DNA from: Armatimonadota bacterium
GTDB taxonomy: Bacteria; Armatimonadota; Fimbriimonadia; Fimbriimonadales; GBS-DC
Assembly: GCA_037444405.1 (NCBI GenBank)
Contig: JBBIML010000006.1
Location: 32,001 to 96,000, forward strand
Direction: 5' to 3'
DNA: 64,000 bases
Shown: one piece after another, positions 39,753-49,593 of the stretch
Layout: every line of letters starts with the position of its first letter
How positions within the stretch are numbered: the first letter of the stretch is position 1
Translations under genes and position numbers: made by a program
Notes under the pieces: model-generated
Told to the model about the DNA's origin: nothing
Seen by the model: only the letters and a program-made list of their open reading frames with translations
Database searches by the model: none

Positions 39753-40922
39753 ATGGAGAAGCGGGAACCGAATCCGTCGGGCGATTGGGCAAGTCGGGCG
39801 CTCTGGTTGCTCATCACATTGGCGCTGATTGGACTGACGCTCTATGTGCTGTATGTGGTGCGCCATGTGATCAGCCTCATGTTCATCTGCGGCGCGATCG
39901 CCTATTTACTGATCCCGCTGGTGGATTGGCTTTCGCGCTGGCGTCCGCCGCTGATGAGTCCGCCCGTCTGGCGGGGCGTGGTCAGTCTGGTGGTCGTGCT
40001 GGCTTTTATCGGCGTGGTGGTGCTGTCGACGGTGGCGTTCATCACGCCGTTCGTGCGAGAGACGCGCGACTTCCTGAACGATTTGCCACGCTACGAGGGG
40101 CGCATCCGCGAAACGCTCACCGACTGGCAGGCACGCTATCAGCAATGGTACAACGGCTTGCCGCCGCAGGCCCAACAGTGGGTTGATCAGCAGCATGAGG
40201 CGCTGGTCAAATCGCTGGAGGGCACCTCGGTCAGCCTGCAGAAGGGCTTGCAACAGGTGCTGCGAAGCACAGGCGCGTGGATTGCCTTCATTGTGGAACT
40301 GTTTCTGATCCCGGTGGTGGTCTTCTATCTGCTGTTCGATTCGCATCGGCTTAAGCGGGAAACCCTTCGCCTGATCCCGCCGCGCTACCTGCGCCTGACC
40401 CTGCACGCCATGCAGGAGACGAACCGCGTGATGCGCGGCTATATCGTGGGGCAGCTCATTCTGGGCGTGATTGCGGGGATTGCCACCTGGCTCGGCTTGC
40501 AATGGATGGGCGTCAAGTATGCGGCGACGCTCGCGCTGTTTGCCGGCATTGCCCGCGCCATCCCCGTGATTGGTCCAGTGGTCGCTGCCGTGCCGATTGT
40601 GGCAATGGGGGGACTGTTAGGCGGTCTCGGGCTTGCCATCAAAGCCACCATCTTCATGACTGCGCTCTTCCTGATTGAGCATAAGATGATTATGCCCAAG
40701 ATTATTGGCGATAGAGTTGATCTGCATCCTGTGCTGGTGATTGTGGTGTTGCTGGTGAGCGGCAGCTTTTTCGGGCTGATGGGCATGTTTTTTGGTGTGC
40801 CTGTGGCGGTGATTGTGCGCAATGTGGTGATTGAGCAGCGGCGGCGGGCGCGACGGCGACCGCGCATCCACCGCCTCGTGGTGCTGGAAACCGCGGAAAC
40901 AGCAGGATCACGGGGGACATAG
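39753..40922 (+). CDS. AI-2E family transporter
   Basis: IAYLLIPLVDWL, GYIVGQL, IPVIGP, MPKIIGDRVDLHP, GLMGMFFGVP. Confidence 0.92.
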   Translation: MEKREPNPSGDWASRALWLLITLALIGLTLYVLYVVRHVISLMFICGAIAYLLIPLVDWLSRWRPPLMSPPVWRGVVSLVVVLAFIGVVVLSTVAFITPFVRETRDFLNDLPRYEGRIRETLTDWQARYQQWYNGLPPQAQQWVDQQHEALVKSLEGTSVSLQKGLQQVLRSTGAWIAFIVELFLIPVVVFYLLFDSHRLKRETLRLIPPRYLRLTLHAMQETNRVMRGYIVGQLILGVIAGIATWLGLQWMGVKYAATLALFAGIARAIPVIGPVVAAVPIVAMGGLLGGLGLAIKATIFMTALFLIEHKMIMPKIIGDRVDLHPVLVIVVLLVSGSFFGLMGMFFGVPVAVIVRNVVIEQRRRARRRPRIHRLVVLETAETAGSRGT

Positions 40923-40941
40923 TGGCACGGAGGCATAGAGA

Positions 40942-41766
40942 TTGGAACTGATGCAGGCAATCTGGCTGGGTATTCTGCAGGGCGTCACGGAGTTTCTGCC
41001 CATTTCCAGCTCGGCGCACCTGATATTGATGCGCTACTGGTTCGGCTGGGAGATTGGCAATCCGCAGGCGGAGCTGATGTTCGATGTGGCGCTGCATGTG
41101 GGCACGCTGCTGGCGATTGTGCTCTATTTCTGGCGCGATCTGGTGAGGCTGGCAAGCGCGCTCTTCTCGCACCAGCACGAGCGCATGGTGGAGCGTCGGC
41201 TCGCATGGAGCATTCTGATTGGCTGCGTCCCTGCTGCGCTTGCCGGCGCGCTCTTTGAGGACACTATCGAGAACTTTTTTCGGGAGCAGTACGCGCTCAT
41301 CAGCGGGCTGCTGATCGGCGTTGGCGCGCTGATGGCGCTGGCGGACTGGCTGGGGCGTAAAACCCGTATGCTGGAATCGATCGGGTTGCTGGACGGGCTG
41401 CTGATTGGTGTTGCGCAGGCGTTTGCGCTGATACCGGGCTTCTCGCGGTCGGGCATCACGATTATCGCGGGGCTGATGCTGGGGCTTCAGCGCGAAGCGG
41501 CAGCGCGGTTCTCTTTCCTGCTGGCGACGCCCATCACCTTCGGCGCGGCAGTGTGGTCCTTTCGCCATGTGCTGCAGGAGGGTATACCCTCCCGGATGGC
41601 GGTGCCGATGCTTGTGGGCGCGATCACCTCGATGGTGGTCGGCTGGCTGTGCATCGCGTTCCTGCTGCGCTATCTGCGCACGGGTTCGCTGATGCCCTTT
41701 GTGGTCTATCGCGCGGGCGTGGGCGTCGCCACACTGATTCGAATCGCAACGGTCGGGCTGAAATGA
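40942..41766 (+). CDS. uppP: Undecaprenyl-diphosphate phosphatase
   Basis: LGILQGVTEFLPISSSAHL, HVGTL, QAFALIPGFSRSG, AARFSFLLATP; TTG start after GGAGG. Confidence 0.96.
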   Translation: MELMQAIWLGILQGVTEFLPISSSAHLILMRYWFGWEIGNPQAELMFDVALHVGTLLAIVLYFWRDLVRLASALFSHQHERMVERRLAWSILIGCVPAALAGALFEDTIENFFREQYALISGLLIGVGALMALADWLGRKTRMLESIGLLDGLLIGVAQAFALIPGFSRSGITIIAGLMLGLQREAAARFSFLLATPITFGAAVWSFRHVLQEGIPSRMAVPMLVGAITSMVVGWLCIAFLLRYLRTGSLMPFVVYRAGVGVATLIRIATVGLK

Positions 41767-42614
41767 GGGTGCTGATCACGGGCGCGGGCGGGATGCTGGG
41801 CGCGGAGATCACCGAACGGTTCCGACAGGCGGGACACGCGGTCATCCCCACGGGGCGCAAGCCGTCGCTCGTGTCGATGGACATCACGAACCCGCAACAG
41901 GTGCGCGCGGTGTTCGACCAGTATCAGCCCGCGGTGGTCATCCACTGCGCGGCGATGACTAATGTGGACGCCTGCGAGCGCCAGCCCCAGCAGGCGTATC
42001 AGGTGAACGCCTTCGGCACGGAGCTGATTGCCGCCCACTGCCAGCGTACAGGTGCGATTTGCGTCGCCATCTCCACCGACTATGTTTTTGATGGCGCGAA
42101 AGGCAGCCCCTACCACGAGTATGATGCGCCGAACCCGCTGAGCGTGTACGGGCGCTCCAAATATGCGGGCGAGCAGGCGGTGCGCGCCCTCTGCCCACGC
42201 CACTACATTATCCGCACCGCATGGCTCTACGGCACGCACGGCAGAAGCTTCCCGCATTTCATTCTGGAGCGCGTGCGGGCGGGCGAGACGCCCACCGTGA
42301 TTGCCGACCAGATTGGCTCGCCGACCTACACAGCAGATGTCGCTGACTGCCTGCTTGCGCTGATTGCCACCGATGCCTATGGAACCTATCACCTGACGAA
42401 CGCGGGTCCCGTTTCACGCTATGAGTTTGCACAGGCGCTGCTGCAACTGATGGGCTTGCCCGCGCGTTTACAGCCGATTCCGCTGGCGCAATGGCAGACT
42501 CCCGCGCCGCGCCCGCGCTATTCCGCGCTCATCTCATGGCGACTGGAGTGGGTCGGCATAACCCCCCTTCGCCCCTGGCAGGAGGCTCTGACGGCGTTTG
42601 TGCAGAGTCTCTAA
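41763..42614 (+). CDS. rfbD: dTDP-4-dehydrorhamnose reductase
   Basis: ITGAGGMLG, HCAAMTNVD, ISTDYVFDG, YGRSKYAGE, DQIGSPT, APRPRYS; ATG 41763 overlaps the uppP stop. Confidence 0.95.
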   Translation: MRVLITGAGGMLGAEITERFRQAGHAVIPTGRKPSLVSMDITNPQQVRAVFDQYQPAVVIHCAAMTNVDACERQPQQAYQVNAFGTELIAAHCQRTGAICVAISTDYVFDGAKGSPYHEYDAPNPLSVYGRSKYAGEQAVRALCPRHYIIRTAWLYGTHGRSFPHFILERVRAGETPTVIADQIGSPTYTADVADCLLALIATDAYGTYHLTNAGPVSRYEFAQALLQLMGLPARLQPIPLAQWQTPAPRPRYSALISWRLEWVGITPLRPWQEALTAFVQSL

Positions 42615-42871
42615 AAGTTTTCGATGGGGACCGCCAGCATCGTGTCGGTCGTGAGCAGACCGGTCTCTGCAACTGCCCGCAAGAAGCGGTTCGCCGTCGC
42701 CTGATCAGGAGCGGACCACACCGCTACGAGGTCGTATTGACCGTAGGTGACCACCGCCACCTGCACCTGCACCCCATGCTGAGTGGCGAGGCTGCTAATC
42801 TGCGACAGCCCGCTTCCGAACAGTTCCCGCGCCCGACCGGGCACCGCTTTGGCAAGTGTGACGAATTGCAC
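42611..42871 (-). CDS. GYD domain protein
   Basis: TYGQYDLVAVWSAPD motif, 86 aa; AAGGAGG RBS. Confidence 0.8.
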   Translation of the reverse strand: MQFVTLAKAVPGRARELFGSGLSQISSLATQHGVQVQVAVVTYGQYDLVAVWSAPDQATANRFLRAVAETGLLTTDTMLAVPIENF

Positions 42872-42897
42872 GGTTCACACCTCCTTCACAGACATTA

Positions 42898-42924
42898 ATA
42901 GGAAGCCTGTACGCCGATTCCTGC
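42898..42924 (-). promoter_or_regulatory. Sigma-H-like promoter motif upstream of the GYD gene (variant -10)
   Basis: GCAGGA atcggcgtacaggcttc CTAT. Confidence 0.55.
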
Positions 42925-44238
42925 TTAATCCTGTGCTGACGAGAGGATATGTTTCGCCTGCTGGAGGGTGCGGGTTGCCAGATGGCTGATGCGGTTATGG
43001 CAGCAGCCGGAGAGTGCGCTCTCCAGCTGGTCGTGGAGCGGTTCGATCCATTTAGCGGGTAGCTGGCGGGCGCCGAAGGCGGCGCCCCAGATGCTGCCCG
43101 CCGTCGCGCCGTTGCAGTCGGTGTCCAGCCCCTGCATCACCGCGATGGTGATTACCTGCTCGAAGTCGGGCCAGCCCCACAGCAGCGCGTTCAGCACAAT
43201 CGCGTCGTTGTTGATGGCGTGAACCCATGCATAGCACCCGTAGAAGCGTTCCTGCATGCGAGCGAACGCCTCCTGCCAGTCGTAGCACTCGCCACGCCAG
43301 CGCAGGCAGTCGCGCACCATCTCGGCTTCGCGGCTTCTGGCGGGAATCTGTGCCAGACCCGCCTGGATAATCTGCTCGACATCCTGCGTGGCGAAGGCGG
43401 TGGCGATCATCGCGGCGGTAAACATCGCGCTGTAGACGCCGTTTTTCACATGGGAGAGCGCGGCATCGCGATAGGCGAACTCGGCTGCCCGTTCAGGCAT
43501 GCCGGGCGCCACATAGCCCCAGAAGTCGGCGCGAATGCGCGCGCCAATCCACTCGCGATAGGGATTGAGATAAACGGGCACTTCGCTCAGCGGGAGCTCG
43601 TTCAGCAGGTTGATATAGGCGCGCCGTTCCGCCGTGTAGGTCAGGTGTGCAGGCAAATAGTGGAGCCACATTTCGCCCACCTGCCGGGTGCTGAACGCTG
43701 CGCCATACCGTTCAAAAATCAGCAGCGCCAGCAGGGTGTAGTCGGTGTCGTCGTCACGCGTGCCGCCTTCGAAGTGCCCTTTCGTGCAGTAGGTGTAGGG
43801 CTGGGGTACGCCCTCGGGTGGGGTGCGGCTTTCGGGCGGGAAGTAGTCGCGCAGCGGGTAGGCATTCGCGCCCTCCAGATAGCGGCGGATCCGCTCGTGG
43901 CGCCAGCCTTCCACCGGCTTGCCTAACATACAGCCGGCGACGCGCCCCAGCCACGCGCCATAGAGCCGATCGTACAGCTCCCCCTCGCTGAGTGTGAGTG
44001 GCAGCGCCTGGAGGCTTGCCTCGCGCTCGGCACGGATGGCGTCCAACTCTATCGGCTCGCAATAGGGAAAATCGGCGCGAAGAGGCGCCGCCTGCAGCTC
44101 CCGATAGAGCTGCCAGAGCGCGTCGGCATCCTGCGCTTGCTCCCAGCGCTCCAGAGCGCCTGTCGTGTCAGCGCCCTCCTCGCTGCGCTGGATAATCTCC
44201 TCGCGCACCAGCTGCCGCAAACTGTCCAGCGAGGGCAT
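42925..44238 (-). CDS. ADP-ribosylglycohydrolase family protein
   Basis: GAWLGRVAGCMLGKPVEG, DDDTDYT, TAERRAY, WIGARIRADFWG, GLDTDCNGATAGS; start ATG 44238 after AGGAGG. Confidence 0.9.
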   Translation of the reverse strand: MPSLDSLRQLVREEIIQRSEEGADTTGALERWEQAQDADALWQLYRELQAAPLRADFPYCEPIELDAIRAEREASLQALPLTLSEGELYDRLYGAWLGRVAGCMLGKPVEGWRHERIRRYLEGANAYPLRDYFPPESRTPPEGVPQPYTYCTKGHFEGGTRDDDTDYTLLALLIFERYGAAFSTRQVGEMWLHYLPAHLTYTAERRAYINLLNELPLSEVPVYLNPYREWIGARIRADFWGYVAPGMPERAAEFAYRDAALSHVKNGVYSAMFTAAMIATAFATQDVEQIIQAGLAQIPARSREAEMVRDCLRWRGECYDWQEAFARMQERFYGCYAWVHAINNDAIVLNALLWGWPDFEQVITIAVMQGLDTDCNGATAGSIWGAAFGARQLPAKWIEPLHDQLESALSGCCHNRISHLATRTLQQAKHILSSAQD

Positions 44239-44251
44239 ATCCACCTCCTGT

Positions 44252-45811
44252 CTACTCCACACGGAACAGGCGTTTATCGAGAAAAGTTTGACCGAACATG
44301 TCGGTGGTTCTCACATACAGCACATGGGTGCCGCGCGGGAGGTCAGCGGGCAGATGTCCGCCCCACAAGTGCGGGCAGGGCATCGAGCCAGGCAGCGTGC
44401 GACCGGGCAGCCTGTATTCGCTCTCCAGCCGCTTCAGTTCGGCATAGGCAGGGTCCACCCGATCGCGCACAGGGGCAAGCCGTATCCAGTCGCCTGTCTC
44501 ACCGACCCGCATCTCCACGACGGAACGCTCGGAACCCGCAAACACATTCACCAGCACCTCCGTGTTCGTGAGCTGATTTTGTGGGATAGCGTCGGGCAGA
44601 TAGATGTTCATCTGGTAATCGGGCGGGCGTCGAGCGACCTGATAGCGGATGCGGAATCGATGGCGGTCAAAGGTGACCCACAGGTAGCCGTTGGGCGTGC
44701 CATCGCGCATGGTGGTGTGCGGGATGCCGACGGGGTCGGGCACGCCTGTCCACCAGCTGCCGCACACCGTGCCCGCGTTCCAGTGCAGGTGCGGTTCACG
44801 CCCGCGCCAGCCATCCGACTCGCCAAAAAAGCGCTGGGTCTGAAAATGGGTATGGGCGGAGAAGGAGAGCGTGTGCGGGAACGGCGCGAGCATTTCGAAT
44901 ACCGCCCGCCGCTCCTCTTCGGGCCACTCCCACATCGGGATATGCATGCACAGCACCACCCAGTCGCGGCGCGGCACATGCTGGAGATAGTTGCGAAGGA
45001 ACTCGATCTGTCGCTCGCCCAGCCCTGCCCGATAGCGCCCGCGCCGACCCTCACGCGCACCTTCCCACACCACATCGTCCAGTACGATAAAATGCACATG
45101 TCCGTACTGCAATGCATAGTAGTTCGGTCCGAACACGCGCTCCCAGGTTTCGTCGCTGTAGCGGTCGTCGGGCGAGTCGTAGTTCATATCGTGGTTGCCC
45201 AGCACATAGTAGAAGGGGATGCCGATACGCCCGATGGCGCGCGCCAGCGGCTGCATCACCGTCAGGTCATCGAACACCACATCGCCCAGCACGATGCCCA
45301 GCACCGCCTTGCGCGTGCCTATCAGCTCACGCAGCACATCGTGCGCGATATAGCCCACCTCACGCAAATCGCGCGGTTGGGTATCACCGAACACCAGCAC
45401 CGTGAAGCGGTTCGACTCGCGCTGGGGATAGAGCGGGAAGTCGAGCGATTCGGGCAGGGGTCCCGTGGGCGCGACGCCCATATAGGCAACCAGCGGCGAG
45501 CCGTTCGGCTTGTGAACATAGTAGAAGCGGGGCACATTATCCCGATCCAGCGCGGTCATCCAGCCGCGCGGCTTAATCACAAAAATGGTCGTGTCGTCCC
45601 CGACAGGCAGCCGATAGCGCCCCTTCGAGTCGGTGCGCACCACCTCGCGCTGGTTGGAGACCAGCACATTGGGGATACCTGGCTCGCCCGCATCACGGAC
45701 GCCGTTGCGATTGCGGTCGTGATAGACCACGCCTTCGACAAAGGTGCCCTCTTGCGCCCAGCCGAGCGTCAGGAGCGTTAGCAGCCATGCAATCAGCGCG
45801 TACCGTCGCAT
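44252..45811 (-). CDS. Exported calcineurin-like metallophosphoesterase (MetallophosN/C domains)
   Basis: Signal peptide; VYHDRNRNG, FGDTQ, LGDVV, GNHD, HIP, AHTH, GSWW, DGTPNGY. Confidence 0.9.
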   Translation of the reverse strand: MRRYALIAWLLTLLTLGWAQEGTFVEGVVYHDRNRNGVRDAGEPGIPNVLVSNQREVVRTDSKGRYRLPVGDDTTIFVIKPRGWMTALDRDNVPRFYYVHKPNGSPLVAYMGVAPTGPLPESLDFPLYPQRESNRFTVLVFGDTQPRDLREVGYIAHDVLRELIGTRKAVLGIVLGDVVFDDLTVMQPLARAIGRIGIPFYYVLGNHDMNYDSPDDRYSDETWERVFGPNYYALQYGHVHFIVLDDVVWEGAREGRRGRYRAGLGERQIEFLRNYLQHVPRRDWVVLCMHIPMWEWPEEERRAVFEMLAPFPHTLSFSAHTHFQTQRFFGESDGWRGREPHLHWNAGTVCGSWWTGVPDPVGIPHTTMRDGTPNGYLWVTFDRHRFRIRYQVARRPPDYQMNIYLPDAIPQNQLTNTEVLVNVFAGSERSVVEMRVGETGDWIRLAPVRDRVDPAYAELKRLESEYRLPGRTLPGSMPCPHLWGGHLPADLPRGTHVLYVRTTDMFGQTFLDKRLFRVE

Positions 45812-45842
45812 CGATTCCCTCCCTGTGTGCATCGGCAAGATA

Positions 45843-45869
45843 GTACGCTTTTTTATGCGGACTCCCTGC
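45843..45869 (-). promoter_or_regulatory. Sigma-H-like promoter motif upstream of the phosphoesterase (variant)
   Basis: GCAGGG agtccgcataaaaaagc GTAC; shares the CCTGCAGG palindrome with the comEA site. Confidence 0.5.
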
Positions 45870-45894
45870 AGGATTTGAAGAGAGTGTGTCGTAT
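45868..45894 (+). promoter_or_regulatory. Sigma-H-like promoter motif upstream of comEA
   Basis: GCAGGA tttgaagagagtgtgtc GTAT. Confidence 0.7.
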
Positions 45895-45912
45895 AGAAAA
45901 CACAGAGGTTGG

Positions 45913-46647
45913 ATGATGCCCTCCATCTGGGATAAGCTGGACTGGAAAGAGAAGGCGTGGCTGATGGCGGTGTATGGCATCTCGCTGATGCTGACCGCGC
46001 TGATTGCATACAACATCGGGCGCGGCTCGCCGCCGATGGCGCCTTCAGAGACGCGCGACGCAGCAGCTCTTACCGACAGCTCTGCGCCCACGCCAAAAGA
46101 GCCAGCGAGCGATGCTGAGCTGTTGCCAGCGCCTTCGTCCAGCACGCCTGTTCAGCAAATCGATCTGAGCCAGCCGGCGGGTGCGACCATCAAGGTGCAT
46201 GTGGCGGGCGCGGTGAAGCAGCCCGGTCTCTATGAGCTGCCTGCGGGTAGTCGTGTGCAGGACGCGCTGCAAAAGGCGGGCGGCGCGAAAGCCGACGCCG
46301 ATACCGAGAGCCTCAATCTCGCCGAGCCGCTCAGCGATGGGCAAAAGGTGTATGTGCCGCATCGGGGTGAGACGCAGGTCGCCGAATCGGGCGCATCGGT
46401 CGCCGCACGCCCGCCACGAGTTAGAAGCGACGCATCGACCCCGACCGCCCGCTTCCCGCTCGATATCAACCGCGCCAGCGCGGCGGAGCTGGAGCTGCTG
46501 CCAGGCATCGGTCCCGTGCTGGCAGGGCGCATCGTCGAGTATCGCAAGCTGCGCGGGCGGTTCCAGTCGGTCGATGAGCTGCTGGATGTTCCTGGCATCG
46601 GTCCCAAGCGGCTGGAGCAGATTCGCCCCTATGTGGTGGTGCGGTGA
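45913..46647 (+). CDS. comEA: Competence DNA-binding protein ComEA
   Basis: TM helix, SLBB domain VHVAGAVKQPGLYEL...LNLA..LSDGQKVYVP, two HhH motifs LPGIGP / VPGIGP. Confidence 0.95.
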   Translation: MMPSIWDKLDWKEKAWLMAVYGISLMLTALIAYNIGRGSPPMAPSETRDAAALTDSSAPTPKEPASDAELLPAPSSSTPVQQIDLSQPAGATIKVHVAGAVKQPGLYELPAGSRVQDALQKAGGAKADADTESLNLAEPLSDGQKVYVPHRGETQVAESGASVAARPPRVRSDASTPTARFPLDINRASAAELELLPGIGPVLAGRIVEYRKLRGRFQSVDELLDVPGIGPKRLEQIRPYVVVR

Positions 46648-46696
46648 AGAAGGCTCAAAAATCCTTCTCTGCCGTTCATGGCGAGGGGCAGTGAAA

Positions 46697-46734
46697 CCCT
46701 CTCCCCCAGCGGGGGCGAGGGTACGGGTGGGGGG
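46697..46734 (+). repeat. Family C palindrome between convergent comEA and lepB
   Basis: CCCTCTCCCCC AGC GGGGGCGAGGG TACGGGTGGGGGG. Confidence 0.8.
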
Positions 46735-46745
46735 TGGACAATATT

Positions 46746-47555
46746 TCAGCGTGCGTCAGGCAGCGGGGTTCGATTCGCAGGACCGATGCGCGATGGCGGC
46801 CAGAACACGAACAGCGCCTTGCCCACCACACGATGGGCATCCAGCAGACCCCAGTGGTGGCTGTCGCTGCTGTTGTTGCGGTTATCGCCCAGCATCAGGT
46901 ACTTGCCAGGCGGGATCGGCTGCGGAGGTGTCTGGCGCACGCGCTGGCGCTCGGCAGGGTCCAGCACCGCCACGCGCATCATATGCGGACCACCCTTCCA
47001 CATCTGATCGGTGGCTTCGTCATACTCGTACACCAGCCCGTCCACGATTTTCATCGAGTACTGGGGTATGCCGTTGATGTACGGCTCCTTGAGCAGTTTG
47101 CCATTCAGGTAGACCCCCTCGCCTGCCTTCACCTCAATCACATCGCCGGGCAGACCAATTAGCCGTTTCACGAAGTCGGTCTTGCCAGGCACCTGGTCAG
47201 GGCGCAACGCCCAGTCGGGCGCGCGGAACACGACGATATCGAACCGCTGCGGCTTGCTCCAGCGGTAGCTGAATTTGCCCACCATCACCACATCGCCAAC
47301 CTGCAGGGTGGGCACCATCGATTCGGAGGGGATATAGAACGGCTGTACCAGATAGGGGCGGATGAGCAGGTAGACAAGGATGCCCGCGTACACAATCGCG
47401 TCCAGCGTGTTGTTGAGGAAGCGGGCGAAGCGGTTCTGCATCGGCATCAGCAACAGGCGCAAGCCGAGGCAGACCACCATCGCGAACACGACCGTCGCGA
47501 CGGGCAATCGCGCCAGCGTCTCAATCCATGTCAGCGGGGCAGCCGGTTCCATCAC
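46746..47555 (-). CDS. lepB: Signal peptidase I
   Basis: [37 protein letters not shown]. Confidence 0.96.
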   Translation of the reverse strand: MMEPAAPLTWIETLARLPVATVVFAMVVCLGLRLLLMPMQNRFARFLNNTLDAIVYAGILVYLLIRPYLVQPFYIPSESMVPTLQVGDVVMVGKFSYRWSKPQRFDIVVFRAPDWALRPDQVPGKTDFVKRLIGLPGDVIEVKAGEGVYLNGKLLKEPYINGIPQYSMKIVDGLVYEYDEATDQMWKGGPHMMRVAVLDPAERQRVRQTPPQPIPPGKYLMLGDNRNNSSDSHHWGLLDAHRVVGKALFVFWPPSRIGPANRTPLPDAR

Positions 47556-47905
47556 CGATCGCGATCCTCTTTCAGGCGGGCGGCTTTACCGGAGAGTTCG
47601 CGCAGGTAGTAGAGCTTCGCGCGGCGCACCTTGCCCCGACGCACCACCTCAATCTTGCTCACCACGGGCGAGTGCAGGGGGAAAGTGCGCTCCACGCCGA
47701 TGCCGTACGACACCTTGCGCACGGTGATCGTGTCGGCGACGCCGCGATGTTTGCGGGCAATCACCACGCCTTCGAAAACCTGCGTGCGCTCCTTACCGCC
47801 TTCGCGCACCAGCACATGCACGCGCACGGTATCGCCCGCCCGTATATCGGGCAGGTCCGTCTTCAGATACGGTTTCTCCACCTGTTCCAGAATCGTCTGG
47901 CTCAT
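47552..47905 (-). CDS. rplS: 50S ribosomal protein L19
   Basis: [45 protein letters not shown]. Confidence 0.99.
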   Translation of the reverse strand: MSQTILEQVEKPYLKTDLPDIRAGDTVRVHVLVREGGKERTQVFEGVVIARKHRGVADTITVRKVSYGIGVERTFPLHSPVVSKIEVVRRGKVRRAKLYYLRELSGKAARLKEDRDR

Positions 47906-48645
47906 CGTTGCACCTCTTCCTCGTTGAGTTCCCTGAGCAGTTCTACATCCTGTCGGGTCAGATAGGCACGCGCGAACAGGTCCGGTCGCAACATGCGGGT
48001 CAATCGCAGTTGCTCCCGTCTGCGCCAGCGTGCAATCGCGCCGTGATTGCCCGAAAGCAGCACGGGCGGCACCCGCCAGCCCCGAAACTCCTCCGGGCGC
48101 GTATATTGAGGATACCCTAAAAGCCCGTCCGAAAAGGAATCCTGCAGGAGCGATTCGGGCGAATGGATGGCGCCGGGCAGAAGGCGCACGACGGAGTCGA
48201 TAATCACCAGCGCGGGCAGCTCGCCCCCTGTCAGCACGAAGTCGCCGATGCTGAGGGTGTCGGTCGCCAGATGCTCGCGCACGCGCGCGTCGACGCCCTC
48301 ATAGTGCCCGCAGATAATGATCAGATGCTCCGCCTGCGCCAGTTCGCGCGCCATCGCCTGCGTGTAGAGCCGCCCCTGCGGTTCCAGCAGGATAATCCGC
48401 GCGCCGCGTGGCTCGGGCGTGCAGAACTCCACCGCGCGGAAGATGGGTTCGGGCTTCATCACCAGCCCTGCGCCGCCGCCGTAGGGTTCATCGTCCACCG
48501 TGCGGTGCTTATCGGTGGCGAAATCGCGCAGCTGGATGGCGCGAATGGCGACCAGCCCGCGCTCCTGCGCCCGCCCCACGATGCTGTAGCGCGTGCCCGC
48601 CTCAATCACCTCCGGGAACAGCGTGATGACATCGATTCTCAACAC
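47902..48645 (-). CDS. trmD: tRNA (guanine37-N1)-methyltransferase
   Basis: [52 protein letters not shown]. Confidence 0.98.
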   Translation of the reverse strand: MLRIDVITLFPEVIEAGTRYSIVGRAQERGLVAIRAIQLRDFATDKHRTVDDEPYGGGAGLVMKPEPIFRAVEFCTPEPRGARIILLEPQGRLYTQAMARELAQAEHLIIICGHYEGVDARVREHLATDTLSIGDFVLTGGELPALVIIDSVVRLLPGAIHSPESLLQDSFSDGLLGYPQYTRPEEFRGWRVPPVLLSGNHGAIARWRRREQLRLTRMLRPDLFARAYLTRQDVELLRELNEEEVQR

Positions 48646-48690
48646 GAAAAAGATTATACCGTGTGGATCAAGCCTTCAGTCCGAGCGGCT

Positions 48691-49593
48691 TCATGGGCAC
48701 GATGCGTGGCTCAGCATCACCTCCAGCAGCAGGCGGGTGGCAATCAGGGCGCTGTTGCCGCTGGGGTCGAGCGCAGGCGCGAGTTCCACAAGGTCGGCGC
48801 CGAGCAGGGTGTTGCGCCGGGCGACCAGCTGGATAATCTGCGCCACTTCACCGAAGCTCAAGCCGTCGGGTTCAGGGCTGCTGGTGGCGGGCAGAACGGC
48901 GGGATCCAGCGCGTCCACATCCAGCGAGAGATAGACCGATTTGCCCGCTGGCAGGGCGTTCAGCGCGGGTTGCTCGCGCCACTCATCACAAAAGAGGAGC
49001 ATGTGCCCGCGCGCCTGCGCCGCCTCCACCGCTTCGGGGTCGAACCGCACGCCGCGCAGCCCAATCGTGGTGATGTGCGCAAGGTTGGACATCGCCTCCA
49101 CCGCGCGGCGGAACGGGCTGGAGTTGGAGTAGCGCGTGCCGTCCCGCTCGTTGCTGAAGTCGAGGTGCGCATCGATCTGCACCACATGCAGGTCGGGCAC
49201 ATCGTCGAAGGCGAGCAGCAGCGGGTAGGTGATGCTGTGGTCGCCGCCGATGAAGAGGGGCAGTTTCACGCGCTGGCGCAGGGCGCGCGCCGCCGCCGTG
49301 ATGCGTTCAAATGCCAGCTCGTAGTTCAGTGTCGGGATGTCCACATCGCCCGCGTCGATCACCTGCACCCCGCGCAGTCGCCAGCCCTCGCGCGGGTGAT
49401 AGTAGCCGTCGGGCGAGAGCGCGTAGCGCAGGCTCGCCTGCCGAACCGCCTGCGGCGCGAAGCGTGCACCCGGACGGTAGCCGACGGTGATATCGAACGG
49501 CACGCCCAGCACGCCCACATCCGCCTGCCACGATTCGCTCAGCGGGCGATAGGGCGCCCGCAAAAAGGTCGCAATGCCAGCAAACGGCAACAT
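48691..49593 (-). CDS. Ureohydrolase (agmatinase/arginase family)
   Basis: GVPFD, PGARFAP, GGDHS, DAHLD, SLDVDALDP, DLVELAP. Confidence 0.93.
   Translation of the reverse strand: MLPFAGIATFLRAPYRPLSESWQADVGVLGVPFDITVGYRPGARFAPQAVRQASLRYALSPDGYYHPREGWRLRGVQVIDAGDVDIPTLNYELAFERITAAARALRQRVKLPLFIGGDHSITYPLLLAFDDVPDLHVVQIDAHLDFSNERDGTRYSNSSPFRRAVEAMSNLAHITTIGLRGVRFDPEAVEAAQARGHMLLFCDEWREQPALNALPAGKSVYLSLDVDALDPAVLPATSSPEPDGLSFGEVAQIIQLVARRNTLLGADLVELAPALDPSGNSALIATRLLLEVMLSHASCP

Noticed and set aside
46746..48645. trmD-rplS-lepB coupling as a novelty
   Set aside because: Common gene order in Terrabacteria
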